A stretch of 64,000 bases of DNA from Bigelowiella natans CCMP2755 (GCA_000320545.1 ADNK01000631.1:62001-126000); one strand, 5' to 3'; counted from the stretch's first letter, positions 1-13,849 are shown. A program made the numbers and translations. The notes: generated by a model not told the origin, from the letters alone.

Positions 1-237
1 AGCCCGTCTCTGGTAGTTTATGCATCAGCAGCAGCAGCAGAAGAAAAAGAGGTAACGACAACAATCATCATCGATGAGGGAAACATATCAACAAATACTA
101 GAGCAGCTGATGAAGATCATCTAACAACATCATAGTTTTTATCATCACCATCATCATCATCATCGCCATCACCATCATTATCATTATTCATTATTCATTA
201 TAATATTGTTGGGGTTGGTGAGGACGTCCTAATACAC

Positions 238-273
<36 letters not shown>

Positions 274-1228
274 ACTGCTCACAGTACCTAGTGACTGGAT
301 GTGCCATCAGCACTGTTCTCACGTTCAACGGGCCTTTTTCCTTTCATATCCGGAAGAAGGATAAACTTAATTCAAAGTAAATGGAGAGGAAGCGAGAGGG
401 GAAGGGGGGAGACAAGATGGTAACAGTGACTAGTCACCAAATAGTGTCTAGTATTAATATTATACTACTTACATTTGCCCAAAGGAGAAAGTTTCGGGGC
501 ATTGGAACGTACAACGGGGGCTTTTCCCTCTCTTCCTCTGCACGTGTGCTCTAACAACAATACGACGCATTCATTATGATTATCGAGATGTATAAGTATA
601 CTACTATTACTGCGACTGCTACTACTGTTGCTACTACTGCTTCTACAGCTTGTCCCCGTACATTATCGAGGAAGTGAAATCTCCAGATATAAGGCCCAAC
701 GATGCCGTCAGTGCGGTCTCTAGAGTAGTCCATGCTGGAGGGGGAGGGGGATGATGATGAGGATGATGTTGATTACGATGATAATGACGATGATGATGAT
801 AATGATGATGATGATGATGATGAAGATAAGGGTAATTATGGCTTGGTCGTCACAATAAACAAGCAACTTCAATGCATGACAAAGGCAATACTGCACAATC
901 AACGTTCTCTTAATTTTCACTCGTCGCAGTGCTCATCATTCGAATAAGAATCTTCAATTTCTCCTCCCTCCCCCTCTTCTTCCAAATCATAAATGTAAAA
1001 TTACGTCTCTAAATGGTTGAGATCGGGATCGCTAGGATCCTGCCACCATGAGGAATAGAAGAAGAAGAGGAAGAAGAAGCAGAAGAAGAAGAAGAAGAAG
1101 AAGAAGAAGAAGAAGATGAAGAACAACAGGAGGAGGAGGAGGAGGAAGCAAAAGGTCGACGAGGGGGAGAGGCAAGGACAGACAATACGGAGATGGTGAG
1201 TTATTTGTTGCTTGTAGTAGTTGTAGTT

Positions 1229-1269
<41 letters not shown>

Positions 1270-1546
1270 TGTAGTAGTAGCAGTAGTAGCACAATGTATA
1301 TCTCTAGAAGTAGTAGTACAAACCTCTAAATCGATGGTGTGCACAACAACTGAGTCCTCATCATTCATGCTACTCACCTCCCTGTGATGCTACTACTACT
1401 TACAATTATCCGCACCCTACATGGTTGAATCTACCTCCAGCAAGTCCGGTATCATAGGGCAGGGGTCAAATGAGACCCCCGTCTCCAAAGTGTAGTTCTG
1501 CGACCACGTTGCCAACAACACAGGAGGTATAGATAAACGCACATAT

Positions 1547-1581
<35 letters not shown>

Positions 1582-2354
1582 GCTTGTTTATATGATGTGT
1601 CTGTGTGTAATAATAAGGTGAGGATGGGGCAAACTAATAACGCATTATTACCGATTTACTTGTGATGAACGTCACATTCTTCTTGAGCGGAGGAGGTAGG
1701 AAGTAGCTATCGTCCATCTCAGGAACTAGGCAATGGTAGTAAGGGCAATAATTCGTAATAGTAGTAGTAGTATTAGTAGTAGTAGCAGCAGCAGCAAAGA
1801 GACATGTTGTGAATAGTGATACAAGATAATATGAGTAATGAAAAGATTTGTGTTGCATTATCATTATCATCATCGTCGTCATCATCGTTGTTATCATCTG
1901 ACATTCTCCATAAGCGTCTTGAACCGATTCAGGAGCAGGCCATTCCCTGTGGAACTACAGTTGACAAACACATACAAATACACACACACACACACACACA
2001 CACAGCATACACCACTATTTATGATGATAAGTATAAAGAAAACGTGTGTCTTGTTTGCCTACACTAATTGCACAACACCATGCTAGTGCATGCATAGTCA
2101 CATTAATCATCATCATCATCATCACCATTATACCATCATCACCATCACCATAATATGAAGCATACTACCTGCTCTGCGTAGTCGAAGGGATTGATCTCGT
2201 TCCAAAGGTCAGGATCCATCATGTTCTTAAGCTCGAAATCATCCCACTTCATAGTAGAATTAACAGGGTTGGCAAAGAGGGAGATAAGGGACTACGATTT
2301 TTGCGTCGTGTGGAATAAATTTGTCGTGAGATTTCATGCCACCATCATCGCAAT

Positions 2355-2399
<45 letters not shown>

Positions 2400-3111
2400 T
2401 AGCAGCATCGCTCTCGAGCTACCACCAACCACCACCACCACCCCCACTTCTTTTCGCCAAATCTTCTCACAAAGTGAAATCTATTACCTCTTTTTGCCTA
2501 ATCTTCGCACGAAGAGCAATATCTGCTACAGGATCATACTTCCCTGTGGGGGCCGCGCCGTCGTGGTCGACAGCATAGCGCTTCTCCTTTTCAGAGCGTT
2601 CATGAGGGGATAAGGAGCCTATTCCCTCGGCGCCTTCTTCACCAACTGGTCTCTCGTCGATATAGTTGTATTGCCCACTCGAATAAGCCCTGCGAGTGTT
2701 GTCCACAACATCATCATTTGCATCCTCAACAGCGCCATCATTGAAATAGCTAGCAGGGCCTCCTCCACCCCAGTCATTATCGCCCAGGTTGTTGTCACCA
2801 TTATCGTTGCCCAAAAACGGATCAAGATAACCCGCATCACCCCCACGCAATCTCCAGACGAGGCGCTGGCGTGGAGATGAATGGCGTGTGTGGAAATTAT
2901 GGTGATACGTCGAATGAGAGCGATCTTGATGATGTTGAGATGGCCGAGAGGTAGCATACTGGATGGACCCAAGCCGAGAAAAAAGGGAATGAGACGGCGG
3001 CAGACATCTTATAAGCACTTGGATAACAAGTAGAAGGCGTAGTGCGAGTTTGAGGGGGGAAGAAACCAAGGAGATTATCCCCGTCCTTCTCATCGAGTTG
3101 AGCATCATCAT
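1..3111 (-). CDS. Multi-exon hypothetical protein with hydrophobic N-terminal leader followed by an RLRGG motif; 3' end probably runs off the window
   Basis: ORF 2467-3111 (signal-like LALRLLLVIQVLIRCL, then VWRLRGG) ends at a GTGAGA donor. Short coding-like GT-AG exons lie between microsatellite introns, e.g. ~2291-2169 (SLISLFANPVNSTMKWDDFELKNMMDPDLWNEINPFDYAEQ), ~1725-1655, ~1520-1420, ~1050-1005, ~733-660 and ~550-473. No family recognised. Confidence 0.6.
1057..1290. repeat. Compound intronic microsatellites (GAA)n, (GAG)n, (GTA)n
   Basis: Directly visible. They cause the poly-F/L/Y/V ORFs in the track. Confidence 0.95.
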
Positions 3112-3564
3112 TAAAACAACGCTTTGTCCAGGAATCGACGTTCTTAACCCAGTAGCGACTTATAGCCCCATGATATTATCACAATCATGATTATCACCAA
3201 TTTAAGCTTGTCAGTCATCCGAGATTATTCAATCCGAAATTGCGGTTCCTTCTCCCCCTCCTTCCCCGTTGCATGTTGTGCATAATTCCAGGAGATAGGA
3301 GATGGTCAGAAAATAAAAAAATGAAAAATGAAAATAAAAATAAATAAATAAATAAAATATCGGCGAAGATCATATGGCTGAACACTTTGTCAGGAAATTC
3401 ATCCATGGAAATCTTACGAAATCCTGATGATATATGCGATTTCTTCCAGAAATCGCGTTGTTCAACATAGATCTATCGAGCTGATGATGCGTATTTGGAT
3501 TCTACGAGCTCGTATGTATGATTCGTGCCAAAAATATGGTAGATATCCATGGATATCCTATAGA

Positions 3565-5040
3565 ATCCCCTGCATTTCAAGACTTCCGACGATGCAAAAA
3601 ATGCCCCAATTCCCAATGATCAGTTGCAGCATTGAGAACGGTGACGACAGGAGTCGACGTGCACGTTTCTCGAATGTGCACAAGAGAAAGAAGCATGCAA
3701 GAGGACTCTCGAAGATGCACAATTGATGTGGGCAACGATCATAGGGAAAATGAAAAGTCCAGGATGATGGACTTCAAGTTTTCAATTCTTTGTTGCAACA
3801 CAACACGAAACAAGAAGTAGACCTTGCTTTTCACATGATTTTCATTCGGAAAACACGCATCATTGCGATCTTGGTGTGTTGACATTCAGACCTCGTTCAG
3901 CACTACTCAAGTTAGCGGCAATTAAATTGGAGATAGTGGCCTTCTAGGCACTGCTAAGCAGGACCATCTAGCCATGTTTTGTGCAGTCAGAGAATGACTC
4001 ATGTCTCTGTCACAGCAGGATCGACACAATGAATGGGCACATTGTCGTGATGCCATGCTACTCATCTCAAAATTTTATCTTTTGACATTTCAATATCAAA
4101 TGTAAGCACAGTGTTTACTTCCTCATGCCAACATGCTCTTGCACAATGCTCGTCTCTGCTGATTCATCAGATTGGAGAAAAAAAGAGGTCAGAGTGCACG
4201 AAACAATGGATCAATTGAAGACTGATTGTAATTGCTCCCGCAGTGTGCCGCGCTCGCCGCCCTGATATGTGGCCGTAATCAACCTTGAGCAACAGAGAGG
4301 TTTGTAGGTGTAATTTGTGGCTACGAAACATGTTTTGGAATTTCTTGCCCTTGTCTTCATTCGAAATGTTGACATGCGCATGCGCCAGGTGCAGGCGGCC
4401 TTGCTAGCTTGCATGAGCGACTACCCACGCACTCGGCCACGCATGTCAATGTTGGATGGAAAATGCACCTGAATATGTTCATTTTCTGTCAAAAGATGGG
4501 TTTTATTTTGTTGTTCCAAAATTTCAAGAATCGGTTGATCCTGCTGAGTAACGACTTTGAACTAGCGAAGTCAAGGTGCACATTGCATGATGTTGTCAAA
4601 TTTGTTGTTGTTAAGAATGAACATGCTGTTTTGCAATCACGTGTAGATTTCTTCACCATGAACGAACGATCTCACATCCAAGCTAGCTAGCTAGGTTTGC
4701 TATCGCAACACTGTGCGTAGATGTTAAAGGAACAAATAATGCTCATGTGTTCCACGTGTATGTGGACCATCAATCGTTGGCATTTTTACCTTCAGTAACT
4801 AGCATTTTGAGAGCAATGCTATCTAGTTATGGCAATGTGCGCATGTCATGCAGTGTCAGCTGGCATGCTGTTGCAACAATGACAATTTAGCCGTTGAAAA
4901 TGTCGAAGTTTGAATGCTAGAATGCTCATGACCACACACGCATAGATAAATGCAAAATTCACCACAACCGGTAGCATGTGCAACCCAGGTATGCATTTGT
5001 TTGCACGGTCATAATCATGCATAGCTTGTTCCGTGTTCAT
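3565..5040. other. TpA-depleted, TpG/CpA-rich island A (probable hypermutated gene relic or intergenic DNA)
   Basis: Only 2 TA dinucleotides counted in 3565-3900, both in TAG. Depletion is patchier from there to ~5040. (CTAG)n run at 4681-4695. Confidence 0.7.
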
Positions 5041-5153
5041 GTGTTATAGAAAGACATGTTGAAAATTTCACATAGATCTATCACCTCTACATTGTAGACT
5101 TTGTGCAACATCGGAGTCTGGGTTTTCACTGATTTTCACGACAGAAAATAAAA

Positions 5154-6042
5154 TCAATCTAGGGAAGGGCGAGAATCAACATCCCCCTCTTCCATGGTAG
5201 ATGAACTCTTCTTGTCAGTCGACGGCGTGGGATAACGTGTCGGCTCTGACAACTGTCTTCTGAAACGCACTGCCTGGATGCTACTTAAAAAACTTCGGAG
5301 CGATCTATATCAAACAAAGGCCATGCGTAAGTGAAGAATTTCGCTAGACACTACCATGTAGACCTCTGATGCTCAACCGAACGATATATTCGAGAATTAA
5401 TACTGAACGCGATATGTACTAGAAATTCCCACCCTTGCTTTTCTATCAATGTTTTTAATACTTGATATTATGGGGAAAAGTAGGACGAAATATTTCTTTA
5501 TTAATTCCTCCCATCTACAATTAGAAATGATATTTTTTATTTCGTACTTAAATGCCTCCAACTTCTTAAACTTGCTATCTTGAACCTCAGCCTGCCCAGC
5601 ATCGTTGCTAAAGTCAGTGGTCCAGCAGATAAACGTGGAATTCGATTCAGTGATTCTTTTCAGGCTGATAGTGTACACCGCAGATGAGAAGCTGACTGAA
5701 GGACTGCTTTCAATGAGATCGTAGGTTATCGTGTGGTGGATGTCTGACAGCTCTAAAACCTAATTATGATAATGATGATCATTACAAGTCATTACGAGAT
5801 ATGTAATATCTTATGGTATATCATGGGGAAATTCCAACCTTGTAGGTCTGCTTAATATTGTCTTTATACTGAACAATTCTCAGCCCCCCCACAGCATTGT
5901 CAGCCTCCTTCTTGTCGGATGCCCCAGAAGACTCCACACTCTCAACATTCGGAAGGAACTTGAAATCAAGCGGGCGGATCAACTCCCATACGGAATCGAT
6001 GCTTCCCACGATGACGGCGGATTCTTCTACGTGAAGGGACAT
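5154..6042 (-). CDS. SRPBCC / Bet v1-like (polyketide cyclase-type) protein, 3 exons
   Basis: Exons 6042-5839, 5759-5548 and ~5304-5154 join in frame through GT-AG introns: MSLHVEESAVIVGSIDSVWELIRPLDF...VGGLRIVQYKDNIKQTYK|VLELSDIHHTITYDLIES...TFICWTTDFSNDA...KLEAFK|SLRSFL...stop. This is a typical START/SRPBCC pattern. Confidence 0.8.
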
Positions 6043-6305
6043 GGTTCTTGTTGTCCGTAGAAGTGTGTATGTATCTTCTTGGGGCTGGTACTACGTGAGA
6101 TTTGGGTATCAAGCATTGTGTGACAAAATCGCAGGCCGTTTTCCTCATAAGACAAGATATGTACACGATATTATTAAGTACATATTCATAAGAGAATCTC
6201 CGATATTCTTAAAGGAAGGAAGGACTCCGATAACAACAATAATAATATCCCCCCCCCCATCCCCTTTCACCCTTGCCAGATGTCAACCCCGCGTTAACAC
6301 CTTTG

Positions 6306-7342
6306 ATGACGAAAGTTGAATTCGGGGGGGGAAAGGTTGGTAGCAACGCGGAAGGCGCCAAAGACAGGCCAGGAGATGATGAGGGGGAACATCCGGGCGG
6401 TATAAGAAGAACCCTTTCGCCCTACGCAGAAGGCCAACTTATTGATGAATCGTTCCGCCGAGAGATGGAGTCAGTGCTTGATCGAGTTTGGGACTCGGTA
6501 GTAGCTGCAATGATAGCGATTGTCATAATGAATAATTTTATGGGAAATACTAACAGTGGTTATGCATTTGTCACTTTTCACATCGCCTTAATAACCTGAT
6601 TCATAATGTGTTAGACCCGCTTATTTGGGACTCTCCGACAACCTATACCATGCCTACGATTGACGGAAGATTTAGGGGGTGGAGTTCCTGGTTTGGCTGG
6701 TCTACCAAACATCAACGACGAGACCCATTTGTTTAAGGTATAAATAAAAAATATATGGGGGAGAGAGAGGAAGAGAGCACGCGAATATCGGCTGATTTTA
6801 TTTTTCGTAGAAAGCTGAATGAGTTTTTTACAATTTCATGAATACTTCACAATGTTGCTTGCTATTATATCTCCCACATGTAGAAGCTAACGCGGACTTC
6901 GGAGCAGGATCATCGTCATCAACATGATGATAATAGTAGCGCACTAAAGTCTGACCGACCGTTGTCCGCTTCTAAGAGAATCATCAGCGCTCAAGTTTCC
7001 ACCACATCTCGCAATTTCAAACATCGAAAGCTAGTAATTAAATCCAGGGTTCTCGAATCAAGACCACAAGGCAAAAGCTCTGAACTAATAAACCAGGAGG
7101 GGGCGGGAGAGAGGGGCGACGAGAAGGAGGATGGACCAGAAGCTGATGGTGGAGATCCTGCGGTGGAAAATATGTCACTTGAGTACGGGCGTGTACAACT
7201 GATGGACAATTCCAGTATGCAGCAGAGCTATATTATTAAAATCAACCCTCCACCGAGGTATTTTGTCATTCTTTTACAATTCCACACAGAAATACGCCTC
7301 ATGTTGCACACATGTATAAGTACAAATCGATAGACATCATAT

Positions 7343-7383
<41 letters not shown>

Positions 7384-8735
7384 GTTTGTGTGTGCGTGTT
7401 TACATGATATCATTATCGTTCTCACCCACAGCTAGCCCTGACTATTGCATAGATCGTAAACCATAGAAATACTTATAGGCGATTGGGTGGCAAAGCAATG
7501 CGTCCCTGGACACTGAGTATGAAGAGACCAAATATCAAACATGACTCTCATCATCACCATCGGCATACAGCCCCGAGATCCCTCCCTACCCCTTCATCCT
7601 CCTCCGATGACAAAAAGCAGCAGAAGCAGCCCCCGAAAAGGATGGGCTTGATCACTCCCACCACCACCACCACCACGAACGCTATGAAGAATAGCCCTGA
7701 AAAAGAGACTAATAGGGGATCTAACGGGGATAGTGCAAAGAAAAATGATGGCAACATTCACAGATGTAATGGTGGAAATAATGGAACGACAAGCAATAGC
7801 TGTGGCAAATATGAAGATGCAGATGTATCAACGGAATGGATACTCACTCTTGCACACGCTTGTGTTCCGCGGCTGCTTCCAGCAACACCGGAAGAAATCC
7901 AAAGAGCCATGTATGTGGCTGAGTTCATGTTTCCACCATATGAGTTATCACCTACAATTCTTACTCTTTGTTTCTAGCATTGATTTTTTTAAGGGATGGT
8001 ATGCTATTATTCACATTGCATTCTTATTATCTTCATATCTGCATGAGCCAGCAGCATAATGATTATGTTATTTGAATGGATCTAGCAGTGTCGGACTGAA
8101 TAATACTTCATCGTCACGGTCTTCGTCATCACCAATACCTTCTTCTTCTTCGTCCTCCTCCCCATTGCTGCCATCGATGGATGATACCGTATGGGCTCTG
8201 GAAGCAATAAGGCTGGCAGTAGAGCGATTGAAGTATATTACACCAAATAAATCAGTAGACATTAATTGTGTTGTATGTGATAACGAAGCAAGAAAAGAAA
8301 CTGCATCATAGGGATGACGGAATGGATCTGCTACATCCTAAACACTATCTCACACAACTCTGCGTTGGCACCATACCATTTTCATCATCATCATCATCAT
8401 CATCATCACTCTGTATGACATGGTAGCAAAAGGCCAACAGATAGTAGTTTGACTGTATGTAGCACCACCTATTGTGAACACTGAAAACCTTTCTTATTCG
8501 GTCGTTATTTCTTCAGATTCGCATTGGCAAGTTATATCGGAACGTGCACGTTGACACAGCGTATCCATGGTTGGAATCTGTGTGAAATGGTACTGAGGCG
8601 CATTTTCGATCGGATTGATTCCGACCTTAAAGTCACAAGGGAGAAGGAACGCTTAAGTCGCGACCAGGTTTATCTATAGCGCGATGTCATATCATGTAAA
8701 ATCACACACACACACACACACACATGCACATGCAC

Positions 8736-8781
<46 letters not shown>

Positions 8782-9130
8782 GAGTGTGTCAGAGAGAAAG
8801 AGAGAGAACTATGTGGTGACATATCACATGGATACATTGCATTGTTTCTCCTTTTCCAATTCGTTTTCCCATCTTCATCATCTTCTCTTTATTTATATTC
8901 TTTTTCTTACTGTTATTATCTTCCTGCTAAATATGATCTGCGGCTAACCTCTCTGAACACTGCTACTTCGACTAGTTCAACGAGCTGTCGCTTGAGGCGC
9001 ACAAATCGAAGGAAACTGTCAAGATATCACGTCGCCTCAACTTTCTCACAACTAAGACTGAACCCATAGTAAAGGTAACAATTTGCACCATTGAATTTGA
9101 TTCGAAATAATGATACTGACAACAATGTCA

Positions 9131-9169
<39 letters not shown>

Positions 9170-9361
9170 TGAAGACGTTGGATCAACAAAGAGAGGAGAG
9201 GGCTTTGGCGTTGAAGGACCTGGAGAGAATAATCTTACTCAGAAACACTCTGGAGCGACAGCACCGATACCTTCGGCAATTCATCGGACTATTTTCACCA
9301 AAAGTACAATTACACTAAGGATAACGTGTTGCTTATAAGAGTAAACTTACATAAATTAATG

Positions 9362-9395
<34 letters not shown>

Positions 9396-9798
9396 ACAAG
9401 CAATGTGATATATTCATGTATCTCTATGTGTCCTCTTTCTCTACAAATGGTAGTATCTGCATCGATTTCATCAATATTATTTGCAACCCGCAGGTTGAAG
9501 ACCAAAATTACCAAATAATGCTCAAATTGGTACTTTAAAAGCACATACGAAGCATGCGCCATATATTATACACATCTTATCATGTCTTATCACACAACCT
9601 TATGATCAGATTAACGACGGATGCCTTCGTGACTCATTTTCACTCAAAATGGAGATTAGATTGGCTGACATTCTGAGGGTATTAGTATCGTGTGCCATAT
9701 GTGAAAAGGCTGCAATGCAGAGGCTATGGGACGCAACAAACGCAGCAAACCTCGTTGAAAAGCACCTCGTCGACTTTGTGTCCGCCTCATGGAAGTAG
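6306..9798 (+). CDS. Multi-exon hypothetical protein
   Basis: Series of + strand coding-like blocks with GT donors (e.g. ...VLDRVWDS|gtag at ~6498, ...THLFK|gtataa at ~6738, ...EIQRAM at ~7911, ...LSRDQ|gttt at ~8668, ...GLFSPK at ~9303), separated by (CA)/(TG)/(TA)-repeat introns. Stop at ~9796. Exact structure not resolved. Confidence 0.5.
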
Positions 9799-10740
9799 AC
9801 AGACTAATATTAAGCTGGTTGGTATGATGAAGGCTTGGCCCGAGCTGACTGTACACATAAAAAAAGTATGCTATACGATGCAAGCCTCATTATGATTTAT
9901 TGGATGCTGTTGCTACAGCCGTAGGCATCTCAATCTAGCAATGGCCGATTGTAACAATGTCTGTTATGGCTGTATGTTTAGATGTGCCGATTCATCATGC
10001 GCTACATTAAAACGAGATTGATTGGCATGACACCTGCGCACACTACTAGACTATATTATAGACATAATAATAATTATAACACACATTATATATGGCGCGA
10101 ATCGAGGAGATCCTGCTAGGACTAGCTAGCTAGAGAGGCGGAGTGTGTGATGTTCATCACTCGCAAGATCATCTATCTAGCTATATTCATGCTAGCATAG
10201 CATGCGCTCGCATGCACTAAGTAAGACAGATGTAATGAATCAATTTAATTTGTTCAATGGTCACTACTAGACTAAAACACGCTAGCACGCGTGTTTACTA
10301 CCTAGCTAGGTATATCTAGATATGTGTACATGTACATGAATATATATGAAATTATTTCTAGTTACATATCTGGCGGCCGTCGCACTGATACGATCGGTAA
10401 GATAATTGCAGCGTGCATGCGCATTGACATCATACTTACAACAAGCTATTTGACACACGCAGCCAGGCTTCAGACATTCGCGCACGATCGAATTGCTGCA
10501 AAGGCTAGAAGGCAATGATCGATGTACATAGGGCGCATACTAGATCAGCTGAGATTCATCAAGGAAAATCATAAAAGCCTTAACGTATCTGTACAAGGTT
10601 TAACATAATTACTACAGGAATTTACACAAACTGACTATACAAATGAAAGCTACGATATGAGTACAACTCAATATATCGGGCAACGACCAGTGAGACGATT
10701 AAGAAAGATTAATGGATAGTTACAGCAGTCCTACTCGTAA

Positions 10741-12115
10741 TCACACGGTAGCATCCTCCTTTCTTACCTCGGCAAAATGTTTTTCACGGATTTGATGAAC
10801 CATGTATGTTTGGTGTGTGTCACTGCGAGGAAAAGGGATCAGAAATCGCCGCAACATGTTAGTTGTGATCACAAGAGTGGCCACGTTGACTGCCATTTGA
10901 ATCAACATCGGAGTCCTAACTAGTTTCTTTGGTTCAGTTCCAGAAGTTACGGGATTATTTCCCTCTGAATTAGCTCTCCAAATTGACTTCAGAAGGTTTC
11001 GAACTACAGCAAGGAACCCCATTGTGATTTCTGAGATCTTGTTGCAAGCCTCCTTTGGTAGAAGGTTAGAGAAAGGTTTCTCATCTACAATAGTTGTAGC
11101 GATTCGCTTCTCCTGAAAATGAATGATATTTATTAAAATCAGAACCTTGTTGGCAATGTGCGGTTGGTTAAATTTCAACCTTAGGTTCTTCATTGCCGTC
11201 CTGATCATGCAGGGCCTTATGCGTGGCAACACTCTCAATATCCTGTTGCACATCCTTCGATTCTTCCAATGTATCCGCAAGAATCCTTAGCATTCCGTTG
11301 ATTTTTTCGTTGTTTCGGCAGGCATTCTGCTTCCCATCCTTCACCTCCAACGACCTCTGGAGTCTCTTTTCAAGTTCCGCCTTCACAAACACAATTTGGG
11401 TTCACCGTCATTATTTGAGAGCAAAATTTGTGAATTCCATTTTCCCAGAAACCTGCAGGTCGTTAGAAAGTACATCCCTGACAGAACTTTGAGCAGCTGC
11501 TAAGACTTCTGGATGATCAAGGAGCTTCTCACTTATCTTCAAGAGAGCCTTATGCTGTTATGAAGTTGTGGTAAATTACTCAACTTTAAATATATTAAAT
11601 CGGTTTGACATACGAGTGTTGGATCTCGGTGGATTTGGAGTCCCAACCTATTCAACAACAAAAATAAGTGTTCGAGAGGAACCAAAATTCTCCGGAATTT
11701 GATCAACTCACTGGTTGGGCCCGGTTCCAAAGATTTGATTCATGGTTTCCTTATTCTCCTTATTAACAGAAACAGAGACGGCTGCCGAAGCAGTCCTTCC
11801 TGCTGCCAACTTTACTGCGGGTCCGGATATAGCTGCCATGATGGGGTGGGGATCTTCAAAAGTGCTTTCAACTGTCGAAGAACGGTGACCCTTTCTGAAA
11901 AGTGAGCTGCATGGTGGTCAACCTAAAATCCCAAAATGCTGCGCTAAAAGAGCAAATAAGCAGCACAATTATGTCCTACGACACCATCTACACTTCGTTT
12001 CAGGATGAAAAGGCTTCCCATTTAGTTTACAGTTTACAGTTGACTTGTGCACCCGCCAGTTTTGACGTAGGGTACCGGTTTGCCGGTATGCTGCAGAAAG
12101 AGGAAAGAAATCCAT
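10741..12115 (-). CDS. Multi-exon hypothetical protein with short AT-rich introns
   Basis: ORFs 11168-11392 and 10741-11280 are joined in frame by a 67-nt GT-AG intron (11179-11113). An upstream exon reads ISEKLLDHPEVLAAAQSSVRDVLSNDLQ. Start codon uncertain. Confidence 0.5.
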
Positions 12116-12637
12116 GAAAATTCCCTAGAAATTACCTGGATTTGATGAAATTCAATGATGTCAACAATTACGGCGACAATATGAGCTCGAATCGTTTCTT
12201 CGTTTCGGCAGGAGTTCTTTGTACGGGCAAACGAAGGATATTTAGAACATTACGTCATCCACATCAACTCCTACAATCGAAAGACAATGCTAACCTAGAA
12301 CATAGAGGGGATATATCTTTGGCGACAACAACAGGCTAGTATTTTTACCCCCCAATGTAGTTACACAAAAGACACGTGTAAATTATTGGAGCACCTAGCA
12401 CTCCTACCACTATTTGAAATGATCTCGGCTCGTGGGATAAAATTAGTAATTCCTCGTATCAAATAATTTCTAAATGTTGTACAAAATGATAGTTTTAGGC
12501 ATTTTTCGATACTGGAAATTTCCATCCATCCAATTTCAACTCCCCACCAGAATTGCAAATCAAGAATGCGTGCTCCTATCCCTCTTCCTACCCCCGAATC
12601 CGTAGCCCGGGCCTTATAGGCCCTAAGAAGTTTTTAG

Positions 12638-13670
12638 ATGGTCAGAAAGCACCGCACTTACCTTACTGCGTTCTCTATTGCCGGGATCCTGCTCTTGTAC
12701 GCAAAAATCGGCGAAGATTACAGCAACAATCGCCAAGTTTCATTCCTCGATGTAAACCTGCAGCAGGCTTGCATATGCGGAGCGACAAGAGAGTGCAGAA
12801 AGGTTCATGACTGCAGCAGATTCCAATTCTCCCGGTAGTACAGAAGATTATTCGTTTTGTTTAAATGTTTTCATGATGGCGAAATAGCTCAATGTTGCGA
12901 GCGCAATGCCAAGCTCTGTGGGGACGAATGTAAAGAGCGAGATCCAAACATCGTAAATTAAATTATACTTCTGTATGATTATTAGGGGTTTAAATGGTCA
13001 TCATTATTGCAGTAGAGGTTTCACAACGCCAGAACTGTTCCTCCGTGGAGGTAGCATGACCAGCTTTGGTAATAATATTTGGAACTCCTCCATCGATGTG
13101 GATGATGACGATAACGAGGACGACGATGGGAGACGCAGCGTTGATTCCCAGAATTCTATTATTTCTCCCGATGAACTCATGTATGTCCTCTCCAGGGATG
13201 CCATGTCGATGACAACAGATGCATTTCAACTATATGAGGCCCATTGCTACTCCCAACCCGTCTGGACATGTGCATTATTTGTGGTGTGCTGTGCGTTCTG
13301 AATGTATACGATTTCCCCCATAATTCTACTGAGTAGCCTCTGACTCGCGCTATTAATCCAGCGCTGCCAAGTCTTCTTCTTCTTCTTCTTCCACGAGGGG
13401 TGTTTCTGGTAATAGAACAACTGCGTCGTCGGAAATAGCAAGCGAGGAGTTACGGTTGCTTCGAGAGCAGGTCGGTTCCCTACCCTCGGCTCATGCGAGA
13501 TTGCTGTGGAAAACTTAAGGATTTAGAGACCAATTATCGTTGGGAATTTGTGCGTGTGTGTGTATTATATTATGAAGATTTCAGATATGAAGGTGACGAT
13601 ACGGGATCTGAAGAATAAGGTGTTACGCTGTATTTCGTGCTGTTGTCACATGATAATCTAGTCTGGCCTT

Positions 13671-13710
<40 letters not shown>

Positions 13711-13812
13711 TGTAGTAGTGCAACGTTGACATAAACAACTCTGATATCACATACTATATAAGACCGAATATACTAAGTGATGATAGTACCCACATACAAA
13801 CAAGCGCGCGCG

Positions 13813-13849
<37 letters not shown>

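Noticed and set aside
551-2613. Many ORFs with poly-L/Y/V/I/HT/CV tracts here and throughout the track
   Set aside because: They are translations of intronic microsatellites or antisense frames of real exons.
7850-8380. VPS9-like domain in the 6.3-9.8 kb gene (GMDLLHP resembling GADDLLP)
   Set aside because: The resemblance is too weak and the frame too uncertain without an HMM search.
10741-12115. Possible retrotransposon gag-like fragment
   Set aside because: No zinc knuckle, RT or integrase motif, LTR or TSD was seen. A GT-AG intron joins the frames as in a normal gene.
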